From a virus (taxonomy: Duplodnaviria; Caudoviricetes), in IMG/VR virus record IMGVR_UViG_3300033066_002242, positions 31,556-95,555 of that record: DNA of 64,000 nt, one strand, 5' to 3'. Positions 45,386-54,883 of this stretch are shown piece after piece (positions within the stretch are counted from its first letter, which is position 1; each line of letters starts with the position of its first letter). The translations under genes and the position numbers were made by a program. Under the pieces are notes generated by a model. That model searched no databases and had not been told where the DNA came from. It was given only the letters and a program-made list of their open reading frames with translations.

Positions 45386-47080
45386 TCAGTAAAAGCAACG
45401 GATGTTAAATGCCTCCACTGCTACCACCTGTACGGCTGCGCCACCCCCTTGTGAAGAAGAAGCTGCGTAGAACCTCAAGGCAGCGTATACTTCAGACGGG
45501 ATAGCCCCTCCGCCAAATACGTCACAAGCCCTCCACCGCCCGTTAACCTCATATACTATATGGTTATGAGCAGAGTTGTCGTCCCAGCCGCCGCCTATCT
45601 GCGTTAAAGACAGCGGTATGACGAAGGATCCTCCCGAGTAGGTTATCCGCACCTCCGCTGATTGCCCCCACCACACCCCGTCGTCTTGCTCCAGAAAAGA
45701 TCCTACATGGAGAACTCCCTCCAGATTCAGCATGAACCCGAATTTGCTGCCGGACCCTCCAAGGACTACAGTCTGAGTTATCAAGGGAGACTCTTGAAGG
45801 GTTACTACCACCTCGTAGGGTGGTACGGGAACTATCTCAGCGATGGCAGGCCCGTGAAACGGGTCTCCTAGAGAGTAGGCGGGACCTATGATGTCGTGCC
45901 CTACAGAATCGGAAGAGTACCCGGAATGAGTGGCGTACGGTGCTCCCGTATTGTGGACGAATCTAAACAGCTCACGAGGATCTGGAGCAGCCGGTATATC
46001 AGACATCATGGCGTGGCGTCTCCAGGCACCCCATCCCTCCGCCGAGAGATCTCTACTCCATATCTCTCTAGGCATGTACCCCTCTGTTGGCACTCCTCCT
46101 ACAACTCTGGACAACGTCAAAGTCTGCATTACGAAGGCGTCTACGGGAGACACCTCCAAGGAACCCGCCCAAGTGCCATCTTGATTGGAGTGCAGGGGCA
46201 TAGGGGAGTTTAGGAGGGTAGGTATTGCTGCAGACGCTACCCCGTAGATGCCTGCAGAGGTGACCAGGTTCAAGTCTACATCAGGCAGATGATTCACCAG
46301 TACAAGGTTATCTGCGCCATCTTCCTCTATGGCAGATATTCCGTAGGCTTTGGCTCTATCCACCGTAAGGTACACTCCCGGATCAGGCTCTCCCCCTTCC
46401 TCCTGGTACGACATGTGCGTCACCATGCTGCCGGTGACCGCAGTTTCTGCCCCCAAAGTAGCCGGAGGGACCAGAATGCGGATGACTTCCAGCTGGTCAC
46501 TCGCCACTGCGCCAAGCGCTGTCCACGCCCCCTCGTTGGGGGGTACGGCGCTGGTGCTGGATGCCAGAACAAAGGCGGCCTGCTGGACTTCACAAACCTG
46601 GGGGAAATACGTACTCAGGGTGGCGTCGTAGAACGGAGTCTTGGTGGTCAGCGCCAGGCCGGTGGTGACGCGAATGCTGTACATATTGTAGAGAGTAGCG
46701 TGTTGCCCGACGGCAAATATGCCTTCCCCGGTACCCGACGGCGCCAGCTGCTCCGACCACAGGGATAGTTCAGGCACCAGTCGGGAATCCGTGCCGGAAG
46801 CGACCTTGTTCATCACCGCCAGCAGGCGCTTGACCTTGAACGTCCATCCGGAGATTTCCGTCTTGCCGACGGCCATGTTCTCGCCCAGCAGGCCTCGGGC
46901 AACAAACCCGGCCGCCGCAGAAACCACCTTTTGTGACAGGAGGCCGGTGTCCAGACCATCCGCCATGACGCCCTGGTTGGTGCCCAAATCGTTTAGCGGA
47001 CGGTTGTCCACGTCCCGGTGGTACGGGTCCAGGGAATTGTAGTAGCGGATGGCAGTGATCAGGTCTTTAATGAGGCTCAT
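45386..47080 (-). CDS. Baseplate-attached tail fibre with knob-like domain
   Basis: N-terminal DNRPLNDL fibre-attachment-like motif; DLNLVTSAGIY..LEV..MQTL..IWSR..WGAW knob pattern; C-terminal half has different codon usage. Confidence 0.6.
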   Translation of the reverse strand: MSLIKDLITAIRYYNSLDPYHRDVDNRPLNDLGTNQGVMADGLDTGLLSQKVVSAAAGFVARGLLGENMAVGKTEISGWTFKVKRLLAVMNKVASGTDSRLVPELSLWSEQLAPSGTGEGIFAVGQHATLYNMYSIRVTTGLALTTKTPFYDATLSTYFPQVCEVQQAAFVLASSTSAVPPNEGAWTALGAVASDQLEVIRILVPPATLGAETAVTGSMVTHMSYQEEGGEPDPGVYLTVDRAKAYGISAIEEDGADNLVLVNHLPDVDLNLVTSAGIYGVASAAIPTLLNSPMPLHSNQDGTWAGSLEVSPVDAFVMQTLTLSRVVGGVPTEGYMPREIWSRDLSAEGWGAWRRHAMMSDIPAAPDPRELFRFVHNTGAPYATHSGYSSDSVGHDIIGPAYSLGDPFHGPAIAEIVPVPPYEVVVTLQESPLITQTVVLGGSGSKFGFMLNLEGVLHVGSFLEQDDGVWWGQSAEVRITYSGGSFVIPLSLTQIGGGWDDNSAHNHIVYEVNGRWRACDVFGGGAIPSEVYAALRFYAASSSQGGGAAVQVVAVEAFNIRCFY

Positions 47081-47129
47081 GGTGCAACTCCGGAAAGCAT
47101 TTCCCTATTTTAAAGAAAACCGACGTAGA

Positions 47130-47138
47130 GGGTATAAG
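47130..47138 (+). promoter_or_regulatory. GGGTATAAG promoter element (no CAAT box)
   Basis: At the strand switch between the virion module and the early module. Confidence 0.55.
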
Positions 47139-47284
47139 GAGATTGTGGTGTACCACGAGGACAACATGAGATCAAGCAAGACACACACTCAAGACGATAT
47201 CGATAACCCAGCCCTCGCCCGCTGCGAGACCGGCCTGTTCGGACAGGCAAGGTGCAGCGAGCTTCACCTTACGGAGAACCCGAC

Positions 47285-47518
47285 ATGGGAATCATCCTTG
47301 CTGCAATCGCTGGTATTTTCCTGGCTGCCATAGCAGGGGCTCTCTACGTGATAGGGGGCGCTATATTTCTACTCTTTGCCGGGAGCTACGCAGTAGCTGC
47401 CTGGCTGGTGGGTTGCTTCGGGCTTCCCTCCTTTACCGTCGTGCCGGTAACCTTCCTGGTTGCGGCTATCATTGGCTTTCTTGTGGAAGTCTGCTATGGA
47501 CCCCGAAGAGATAATTGA
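47285..47518 (+). CDS. Small hydrophobic membrane protein
   Basis: GGAG RBS; MGIILAAIAG..., almost entirely hydrophobic. Confidence 0.55.
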   Translation: MGIILAAIAGIFLAAIAGALYVIGGAIFLLFAGSYAVAAWLVGCFGLPSFTVVPVTFLVAAIIGFLVEVCYGPRRDN

Positions 47519-47792
47519 AGAAGTAGTACTGCCCGTCCTGGTGTTCTGCGCCAGGACGCGCGCCAGGGACATCATGGCCATCCATGGCCTTGTCGTGGAC
47601 CTCCTGCAGTCCATGGAGAACCGCGGCATCATTGACATCGCTGATGAAAACGACATATACCAGCTGCTGGAGCACGGGCTGGTGGAAGCACAGCGAGTAG
47701 CAGACTCCCTGGATCCTCCCTTGACGGTTTCTCAGATGAGGGCTTTGATGGACCTCCACACCCAGCTGCGCAATAAGACCTTTACCTACTGA
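47496..47792 (+). CDS. Hypothetical protein
   Basis: MDPEEIIEE...; tightly packed in the operon. Confidence 0.5.
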   Translation: MDPEEIIEEVVLPVLVFCARTRARDIMAIHGLVVDLLQSMENRGIIDIADENDIYQLLEHGLVEAQRVADSLDPPLTVSQMRALMDLHTQLRNKTFTY

Positions 47793-47802
47793 CGGGATTT
47801 TT

Positions 47803-48012
47803 ATGGCCGACATTTTCGACCAAGCCAGCGACCTGGAACAGCTAACCATCGACATCGCGTTGAAAAACCACCAGGCCGCACCCCGGCTAAAACCCAAAGG
47901 GCTGTGCTACTACTGCAGCGATCCTGTCCCACCTGCCGTCCTGTTCTGCGACGCTGACTGCTGTCAGTGGTACGACGCAGAGCAGGCAGCCAAAAAGAGA
48001 AACGGACGATGA
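47803..48012 (+). CDS. TraR/DksA-like C4 zinc-finger protein
   Basis: MADIFDQA N-terminal DxxDxA motif; CYYC...FC..DCC. Confidence 0.75.
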   Translation: MADIFDQASDLEQLTIDIALKNHQAAPRLKPKGLCYYCSDPVPPAVLFCDADCCQWYDAEQAAKKRNGR

Positions 48013-48395
48013 CCCCTACCCATTTTTTATTTCTGGAAGATCCGGCCACTGCGTACCCTCTGCCGGACTATGTCCAGGGAGACGAGGACGCCACCCTGAT
48101 GTGCATTCAGGACGAAGCCGAAGGTCGCCCCCTGCACGCCTGGGTCGGTGTAGCGTACGACCGCGACCAAGTGGTTGAGCACCTGTCAGGCAGCTCTGAC
48201 TGGAACGAGAAGGCAGTACGCGCCGTTCTGGGCAACCTGCCCGCCCCCGGTAGCACCCTGATAATGCCGGCGCCTGACCACGAGACCTTTGCAGAGAGTC
48301 TGGTCGATGCTCTGCTGACCGCCTGCGGGACAGACTTCGTGTTTGTCGGCCTGAAAGAAGTGAGCAACCTACATGAGAGTAGCACTGACGAGTAA
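48009..48395 (+). CDS. Hypothetical acidic protein
   Basis: ATGA overlap with the upstream gene. Confidence 0.5.
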   Translation: MTPTHFLFLEDPATAYPLPDYVQGDEDATLMCIQDEAEGRPLHAWVGVAYDRDQVVEHLSGSSDWNEKAVRAVLGNLPAPGSTLIMPAPDHETFAESLVDALLTACGTDFVFVGLKEVSNLHESSTDE

Positions 48396-50298
48396 CGGCA
48401 AGGAAGTCGTCATCTCCCCCGACAAACCCTCCGAGTACGCCTTCCTCAAAGAGTTCATCGGCGGGCGCATGGTGGCATCCTCCCAGTCCGTGACATTGTC
48501 CAGCGAACCTCGGATTGCACAGACCGTGCTGTCTCGGTTGAAGGAGGATGTGGATGGCAAGTTTGTCATCGGCATCACTCCCGACATCAAGCGCATCATG
48601 GAATGGCGCCCAAAGCTGCTGCCGCTGCCGGAGTGGTTTCGCTACCACTCCGAACCCTTGGAGCACCAGGATATCGCCCTACGGTACCTATGGACGTTCA
48701 AGCGCCATGGGCTAGGCCTGGACCCCGGCCTCGGCAAGACCAAGATCGTCCTGGACTGGATATGGGCGTGCAAAGGCAAGGCCTTGGTGGTATGCCCCAA
48801 GCCGCTGCTGTTCGTGTGGCTCAAGGAAGCGGCCAGGCACCGGCCGGAGCTGAAGATACACGTCATGGAATCCGTGACATATATGCAACGCATCCTGGCA
48901 CGCCAAGAGAAGATCGACAAGATGGACCCTGTCGTCGACTCTCACGCTATCCAGAAGATTCGCAAGGAGATCGCAGCCATCAAGGTTGACCGGGCGGCAG
49001 AGGTGGTCGGCCTGGAGAAAGCTGACGTAGTAGTAGTCAACTACGCCAAGGTGGTGCAAAACCGCCAGTTCTTCCTGTCACGCCAGTGGGACTTGCTGGC
49101 CGTCGACGAAGCGCTGGTCAAGAACCCGTCCAGTGAACAGACGGAGGCGCTGACCGATATCTGCCGCCAGGTGCCTAACTTCACCCTCATGTCCGGAACA
49201 CTGGTCAACAACCACGCCGGTGATGCGTATTCTCCCACCCACATGCTACACCGTGACCTGCTGGGGAGAAGCTTCTACAAGTTCGATGCCAAGTACGCCA
49301 TCAAGCGGGAGATTGAGGTCGGCGTCGAGGGCGGCGGCGAGGAGGACAAGAAGAAGATAAAGATGACGATCGGTTACCGCAATGAGCATCAGATCAAGGC
49401 AGCGCTGGCATCCGTATTCCTGTTCATGCGCAAGGAGCAGTGGCTAAAGAACCTGCCGGCCAAGACCTTCCACCAGGTCCATGTGCGGCTGTCCGACGAG
49501 CAGAAAAACGCCTACCGGGAACTCAAGGCGAACTACTCCCTGCAGCTGCCGAGTGGCGATCTCATTGAAGTCGAGAACGCCCTCTCCTGTGCCGCCAAGC
49601 TGACACAGATATCTTCCGGCTTTGTTTACTATGGATTGGGTGCGGACGATTTCCTCGACATTGGGATGAAGTCCCTGTCGGAAGTTATCCACAACGGCAA
49701 GAAGAAGCCCAAGAAGAAAAAGGTGACCGGCCCTCGGGAGACGTTCCGGTTCTCGTCACAGCCAAAGATCGCGGCCACCCGTGACCTGCTGGTAGAGACG
49801 CTGTCCCGTGAAAAAGTCGTCTTGTGGTACAACTATGGCGCCGAGGGGGAAATGCTGGCAGAGATGATGCGGGAAGAAGGCATCACCTTTCGCATCGTCA
49901 ATGGCGCCAGCACCAAGACCGGGGAGAACATCGAAGCGTTCAACACCCTGGACAGCGTTCGCGTTCTCCTCTGCCAGGCCAAGGCGGTAAACTACGGCGT
50001 CACGCTACTGGGTCGCAACCTGGAGGAGTGCGAGTATGAGCCGGAGCTTAATCCGGAAGTCTGTACCCACATCTACTACAGCCTCAACTACAGCCTGGAA
50101 GTGTTCCTGCAACAACAGGACCGCAGTCACCGCATCGGCATGAGGAAGGCTCCGCACTACTACATCCTCAAGGCAGATACCCCCATCGAGCATGCCATTG
50201 CTCAAAAACTGTTAATGAAGCAGGAAGTCCGGGAGTCCTTCCTGGAAGATACCCTGCGCCCGCCCACGCTGTCCCAAGTGGACGGCCTCGGAGACTGA
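48373..50298 (+). CDS. SNF2-family (SF2) helicase
   Basis: HQ, DPGLGKT, LVVCP, VDEA..KN, SGT, QDRSHRIG motifs. Confidence 0.85.
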   Translation: MRVALTSNGKEVVISPDKPSEYAFLKEFIGGRMVASSQSVTLSSEPRIAQTVLSRLKEDVDGKFVIGITPDIKRIMEWRPKLLPLPEWFRYHSEPLEHQDIALRYLWTFKRHGLGLDPGLGKTKIVLDWIWACKGKALVVCPKPLLFVWLKEAARHRPELKIHVMESVTYMQRILARQEKIDKMDPVVDSHAIQKIRKEIAAIKVDRAAEVVGLEKADVVVVNYAKVVQNRQFFLSRQWDLLAVDEALVKNPSSEQTEALTDICRQVPNFTLMSGTLVNNHAGDAYSPTHMLHRDLLGRSFYKFDAKYAIKREIEVGVEGGGEEDKKKIKMTIGYRNEHQIKAALASVFLFMRKEQWLKNLPAKTFHQVHVRLSDEQKNAYRELKANYSLQLPSGDLIEVENALSCAAKLTQISSGFVYYGLGADDFLDIGMKSLSEVIHNGKKKPKKKKVTGPRETFRFSSQPKIAATRDLLVETLSREKVVLWYNYGAEGEMLAEMMREEGITFRIVNGASTKTGENIEAFNTLDSVRVLLCQAKAVNYGVTLLGRNLEECEYEPELNPEVCTHIYYSLNYSLEVFLQQQDRSHRIGMRKAPHYYILKADTPIEHAIAQKLLMKQEVRESFLEDTLRPPTLSQVDGLGD

Positions 50299-50299
50299 T

Positions 50300-51868
50300 A
50301 TGTGGAACCATGAAGAAATCCGGGCGAACTTCACCTTGCCCGGGTGTGAGCCGCGCTATTCCCAAGTGGTGGTGGTTGAAGCCATTTTAAAGGCGTTCGA
50401 GGAACGGGGTCGCCGATATGTCATCCTGGAGTCCCCGGTAGGTTCCGGCAAATCCGCCATTGCCATGACCGTGGCCAAGTACTTCGGCTCCAGCCACATC
50501 CTGACGCCTCGCAAGTCGCTGCAGGACCAGTACTTCGGAGACTTCCAGCACATGGCCGTGATGATGAAAGGACGGAGCTCCTACCCTTGCGTCTGGTGGG
50601 ACAACTCCGAATACGATGAGATCATGAACTTCATCAACCGGGGAGAGAGCCCGCCGGTAGGGATCACCGGTACGCACTGCGGAGAAGGCAAGTGCGCCAA
50701 CGGCAATAAGGCGGCCTACGAAAGATGCACGCAGCGTCAGGCATGTCCGTACGCCGCTGCCATGTATAAGGCGGTGTCGAATAAGCATGTGGTGCACAAC
50801 GTCCACTCTTTCATCTTCCAGGCGTACATGAACGACAAGTTCGACAAGCGCCCTTTGATGATCATCGACGAAGCGCACCGCCTGCGGCAGCTGCTGCCGG
50901 AGTTCCTGTCTCGCACGATCTTCGTTCGCGGCGTAGCGCGGGATACACAGGACATTCCCAGCGATTCCGCTGACCTGTCGACCTGGTGTGAGTGGATGCT
51001 CAAGGAAGAGTTCATGCCCAAGTACCGGCAGTCTGACCAGCAGGAATACCGGGACCAGGTATCCTCCTTGCTGGCGACCAACATGGGCGCCTTCGTCGCC
51101 CAGCGCAGCTACCTGGACAGCGGGTGCCGGTTCACCTTCAAGCCGCTGCACAGCGAGTGGGCCGGTGAGAACTTGCTGTACAGTTTCGGGGATCGGGTGC
51201 TGCTGATGTCAGGGACCATCTTCAGCAAGGCCGCTTTCTGCCGGGAGATCGGCATCCGGGAAGACGAGGCGGAATTCATACAGGTGGACTCCTCCTTCCC
51301 TCTCAAGATGCGGCCGGTGCTGGCCAAGCGGGAGTACTTCGCTCCTACCTCTCATAAGACCAAGGACCTGGACACCATCCTGAACCGCATCAACCTGATC
51401 TTGACCCGCATGCCGGACAAGAAAGGGCTGATACATGTCCCCAGCTACGCGATGATGGACGAGATCGTGGAAGGCATGGGCTTCAATTCCCGGCTGATGT
51501 CACACACCTCCTCCAACTTCCAGGAGACGCTGACGGAGTTCTTTGAGACCCCGGAACCTCGGGTGCTCATCTCTCCTACCTGCACGGAGGGGGTGGACTT
51601 CAAGGGGGATCGCGCCCGGTTCCAGATCATCGTCCGGGTGCCGTACCCCAACGCCGGGGATAAGTGGGTGGAAGCCCGGATGAAGGAGAACTACGGCTGG
51701 TTCAACATGGAGGCGCTGATCACGTTCGGCCAGATGCTGGGGCGCGTCAACCGCTCGGAGACGGACTTCGGAGTGTCCATCCTGCTGGACGACCGTTTCC
51801 CGGAGTTTCTGCGCAAGAACGCCGGCCTTATTCCGAAGTGGCAGTACGATGCAATTCGGTGGCAGTGA
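50300..51868 (+). CDS. DinG/XPD-like (Rad3-related) helicase
   Basis: SPVGSGKS, KGRSSYPC..C..C..CPY (Fe-S-like), IIDEAH, SGT, EGVDF, QMLGRVNRS..D.G..LLD.RF. Confidence 0.85.
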   Translation: MWNHEEIRANFTLPGCEPRYSQVVVVEAILKAFEERGRRYVILESPVGSGKSAIAMTVAKYFGSSHILTPRKSLQDQYFGDFQHMAVMMKGRSSYPCVWWDNSEYDEIMNFINRGESPPVGITGTHCGEGKCANGNKAAYERCTQRQACPYAAAMYKAVSNKHVVHNVHSFIFQAYMNDKFDKRPLMIIDEAHRLRQLLPEFLSRTIFVRGVARDTQDIPSDSADLSTWCEWMLKEEFMPKYRQSDQQEYRDQVSSLLATNMGAFVAQRSYLDSGCRFTFKPLHSEWAGENLLYSFGDRVLLMSGTIFSKAAFCREIGIREDEAEFIQVDSSFPLKMRPVLAKREYFAPTSHKTKDLDTILNRINLILTRMPDKKGLIHVPSYAMMDEIVEGMGFNSRLMSHTSSNFQETLTEFFETPEPRVLISPTCTEGVDFKGDRARFQIIVRVPYPNAGDKWVEARMKENYGWFNMEALITFGQMLGRVNRSETDFGVSILLDDRFPEFLRKNAGLIPKWQYDAIRWQ

Positions 51869-51879
51869 ACGGGTATAAG
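51852..51879 (+). promoter_or_regulatory. Putative promoter CAAT-N16-GGTATAAG
   Basis: Motif match overlapping the helicase stop codon. Confidence 0.65.
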
Positions 51880-51921
51880 TAAGGTACAGACAAGATCGTC
51901 TGTAACGTATAGGAGATCGCC

Positions 51922-51996
51922 ATGTGCGGCTTCAATTGGGACGACTGCGAGGGAGAGGACACTTCGCTGTCCTACTCAGGACCAGACGAAGACTGA
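51922..51996 (+). CDS. 24-aa acidic microprotein MCGFNWDDCEGEDTSLSYSGPDED
   Basis: AGGAG RBS 6 nt upstream, its own promoter motif and a downstream terminator. Confidence 0.5.
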   Translation: MCGFNWDDCEGEDTSLSYSGPDED

Positions 51997-52895
51997 AACA
52001 CGGGGCGGCCTTCGGGCTGCCCCACTTTAGGAACATACCCTTTTTTTAGATAGTAAGTTTTCATCTTGGCCAAGGCCCTGTCCTTGGTGCGCCGTACCTC
52101 GGATAGCGTCAGCCCCATATCCTCGGCCAGCTGCTTCAGGCTGCGTTTGACGAAGTCACCCAGCTCCAGCAGCGAGCACAGCACCTCATACTCCCGCGCG
52201 GTCAGATGCTCCCTGGCGTACCGTAGCGTGCGTTCGTCTTCCATGCCTTCCAGCAGTCCCTCGGAGAAGTCTTGACAGATCACTTGCGGCAAAGCAGATG
52301 AGGCTTTTTGCAGTACCCGATCCACTCCGTCCGGGTCGTTGTCGTGGCTGCGGAACCCGGCCACGCTGGACATCAAATCCTCCAGAAAGAAGGTCAGGTA
52401 CTGGGTAGTGCGAAGGTTGTTGATGATTGTCAGGCTGGTATCCGGGGCGTGGTCGCGCTGTATTTCTTCACTGGTTATCTCCGGGTTGGCCGCTTCCAGC
52501 TTGCGGATCCTGGCAGACAACTGCTGTTGCCATACCGGCATGCTGACTAGGCGCATCTCCTGCTGCGCCCGACGCTGGCACTGGTCGACCCACCATCCGG
52601 CGTAGGTCAGGAACTTGACGCCCTTGGTCTCATCGAACTTGTTCAAAGCAATCATGAGCCCCACGTTGCCTGCCGCTACCAGTTCTTCAAAGGCCGTGGA
52701 CCCCATGTTCCGGGACCGGCTTTTAGCGCGCTGGACTACGAACATGATAAACTTGCGCAGGAACTTGTCCTTGGCCATTTCCCGGCGATGAGGCGGAAGG
52801 GAGTCATCACGAATGCGTCTCAACAAGTCAGCCTCCTCTTCCATAGAGGGAGGAGCATCGGCTGAAACTGACTGCAAATACGCGGATAAGTTCAT
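51972..52895 (-). CDS. Sigma-70 family RNA polymerase sigma factor
   Basis: Region 1.2 (YLQSV..EEEADL), region 2 (EELVAAGNVGLMIALNKFDETKGVKFLTYAGWW), region 4 (LTAREYEVL..SLKQLAEDMGLTLSEVRR..RALAKM). Confidence 0.9.
   Translation of the reverse strand: MNLSAYLQSVSADAPPSMEEEADLLRRIRDDSLPPHRREMAKDKFLRKFIMFVVQRAKSRSRNMGSTAFEELVAAGNVGLMIALNKFDETKGVKFLTYAGWWVDQCQRRAQQEMRLVSMPVWQQQLSARIRKLEAANPEITSEEIQRDHAPDTSLTIINNLRTTQYLTFFLEDLMSSVAGFRSHDNDPDGVDRVLQKASSALPQVICQDFSEGLLEGMEDERTLRYAREHLTAREYEVLCSLLELGDFVKRSLKQLAEDMGLTLSEVRRTKDRALAKMKTYYLKKGYVPKVGQPEGRPVFQSSSGPE
52002..52028 (+). terminator. Terminator with UUCG tetraloop
   Basis: GGGGCGGCC-TTCG-GGCTGCCCC followed by ACTTT. Confidence 0.7.
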
Positions 52896-52966
52896 GGTTG
52901 CCCTTGTTGCCCTTTCTAATTATGGAGTCTAGGATATAGGAGGTGCCCGTATAGAGTAAACGCCCC

Positions 52967-53185
52967 ATGTCCTCCAAAACCCTGCAAATTACTGTTGAAA
53001 AACATCCTACGGAAAACCGCGGCCGCATCCTCGTCACCGCAGACCCCGGCATGGAAACCGAGCTTGACCTGCTGTTCCAGGGCATCCTGAGCAACAAGCG
53101 CAAAGAAGGAACCTACCCCCCGCACTTGAAGAACAGCTTCGTGGTCATGTTTGAGACCACGCCGGAATGGAAGAACACGCCATGA
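52967..53185 (+). CDS. Hypothetical protein
   Basis: ATGA coupling to the next gene. Confidence 0.45.
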   Translation: MSSKTLQITVEKHPTENRGRILVTADPGMETELDLLFQGILSNKRKEGTYPPHLKNSFVVMFETTPEWKNTP

Positions 53186-53601
53186 AGCACTTCCTGACCG
53201 GCCCGGCTAAAGCCCTGGCAGCTTCCATCCTGGACAAGAATCTGAGCCGCGAACACAGCATCGGCATTCTGGCTCACGAAGTCAATCGCTTGTACTGCGC
53301 ATTGATTGGCGACAAGCCCATGCCCACCTGGGACGACCTTCCCAAAAGCATTCAGGAAGGCATGGTGCGCGGCGTGACCATCCACATGGAACACGTGGAC
53401 AAGGACCCATCTTTCTTCCACGACGAGTGGATGAAAGAGCGCCTGGCGGACGGCTGGACCTACGGCGCCGAGAAAGACCTCGAAAAGAAAACACACCCCT
53501 GCCTGCTCCCCTACGAGAACCTCCCGGAAAGCCAACGCGCCAAGGACGTTATTTTCTCCTCCTCGGTAAGGCTTGGAGGCATGATATTCAAGGCGGCCTG
53601 A
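53182..53601 (+). CDS. RyR-domain protein
   Basis: HDEWMKERLADGWTYG..KD..KKTHPCLLPYENLPESQRAKD signature. Confidence 0.85.
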   Translation: MKHFLTGPAKALAASILDKNLSREHSIGILAHEVNRLYCALIGDKPMPTWDDLPKSIQEGMVRGVTIHMEHVDKDPSFFHDEWMKERLADGWTYGAEKDLEKKTHPCLLPYENLPESQRAKDVIFSSSVRLGGMIFKAA

Positions 53602-53611
53602 CCCAGGTTTC

Positions 53612-53638
53612 CACCCCGGCATGACGCCGGGTTTTTTA
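53612..53638 (+). terminator. Rho-independent terminator
   Basis: CCCGGC-atgac-GCCGGG followed by a T-run. Confidence 0.75.
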
Positions 53639-53701
53639 CGCCTTTGGGCTCAGGCAGCGTTTACGCAAACCGTGGTATAACCTCCTTGGGGAGATACTTA
53701 C

Positions 53702-53881
53702 ATGGAAAAAAATTCTCTGATTTCTGTCACGGAAGATGAACTGTCCTTGATCCACAAAGGACAAACGCCGAAACGTCTGTTGACGGAGTTCGGCGACGAC
53801 CCAGCCAAGCTGAAGGAACTGGTACGCGCTGGCGAGTACACCGCGATACCCTCAAGACAACCACAGGAAACACCAAGATGA
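53702..53881 (+). CDS. 59-aa hypothetical protein
   Basis: GGGGAG RBS, preceded by TGGTATAAC at about 53673; ATGA overlap with the next gene. Confidence 0.5.
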   Translation: MEKNSLISVTEDELSLIHKGQTPKRLLTEFGDDPAKLKELVRAGEYTAIPSRQPQETPR

Positions 53882-54744
53882 CCGCAACTCTTCCCTCGAC
53901 GGAAAACCTCGTTACAACCGCTGCTGCAATCAAGGACAAGACCCTTCGCGCCAACGCCATGCAACTGGCCGAGGAGATGGGCAACGTCGTTGAAGGCCTG
54001 GGCGATGTTGAGAAAATCTGGTACCCGACACGGCTCAAGCTCATCCAGCAGTCCACGATTTTGACGGACCTCACCAACGGTGACGACGCCAAGATCGGCG
54101 GCTGGGTGATCGGCAATACCTACGTTGGCACGGAACTGCCGGCGCACGTCATCCGGACATGGAACAGCCGTACCCTCATGGATGAAGACATTGAGAAGCA
54201 CAACGTCATTTGCCAGTCCACCGACGGCAAGAACGGCACTCGCCACGGCAACTGCCGTACCTGTGTCTTCTCCAAGTTCGTGGAAGGCAAGATCACGGCG
54301 TGCCGCTCCAACGCCGTGTACATCATGGTCAGCGCAGACTTGCGGAACGTGCTCCAGTACGAGTTCTACCGTACCAGCACCGAAGCCGGCAAGGCCCTGA
54401 ACAAGCGCCTGGTCGCGCGCGGCAACGACTTCTGGAAGATGGAGGTTGTGTTTAAGTCCAAGCCGAACGAGAAGAAAAAGAACGTTCGCAACCCGGCCGT
54501 GGAGTACCCGGAGCACAAGGACAAGCCGGAAGACGTGGTGGCGTTCCTGAACGCCGTGCGCGAGTACTACGCCGGTCGCCGCAAGTATGAACTGGACCGT
54601 CACAACGAGTATGTGGCCGAGCGTTCTGCCCGCGGCTTCGAGGCTCCTGCTCATGAGGAAGTCACCCGTATCTCGGCCAACGCTGAACGGGCGGCGGAAA
54701 CCGGTGCAGACGCTGACCTGCACGCGCCGGACCTGACGCTGTAA
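53878..54744 (+). CDS. Putative single-stranded DNA-binding/recombination protein with Zn site
   Basis: PTRLKLIQ, CQSTDG..G..CRTC..F..C pattern and acidic tail typical of phage SSB-like proteins; strongly biased codons. Confidence 0.5.
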   Translation: MTATLPSTENLVTTAAAIKDKTLRANAMQLAEEMGNVVEGLGDVEKIWYPTRLKLIQQSTILTDLTNGDDAKIGGWVIGNTYVGTELPAHVIRTWNSRTLMDEDIEKHNVICQSTDGKNGTRHGNCRTCVFSKFVEGKITACRSNAVYIMVSADLRNVLQYEFYRTSTEAGKALNKRLVARGNDFWKMEVVFKSKPNEKKKNVRNPAVEYPEHKDKPEDVVAFLNAVREYYAGRRKYELDRHNEYVAERSARGFEAPAHEEVTRISANAERAAETGADADLHAPDLTL

Positions 54745-54759
54745 AAGGTACGCAGTGAC

Positions 54760-54786
54760 AAAGCCCGGGCATGCCCGGGCTTTTTT
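54760..54786 (+). terminator. Rho-independent terminator
   Basis: AAAGCCCGGGC-AT-GCCCGGGCTTTTTT. Confidence 0.8.
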
Positions 54787-54883
54787 AGCAGCAAAGCACC
54801 GGAGACCCTATTCCAGAAGTAATTTGAACACAAAAACCCCGGGGAAAACCCCGAAAATCCCAAAGCAACCGGAGCAAAAAAAC

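Noticed and set aside
49100-49125. SNF2 motif II reading DEAL rather than DExH as a sign of inactivation
   Set aside because: The catalytic DE and all other helicase motifs are intact; this is most likely natural variation.
54830-54865. AAAACCCC-like short repeats resembling telomeric sequence
   Set aside because: Only 2-3 imperfect copies in a small intergenic gap; no support for a function.
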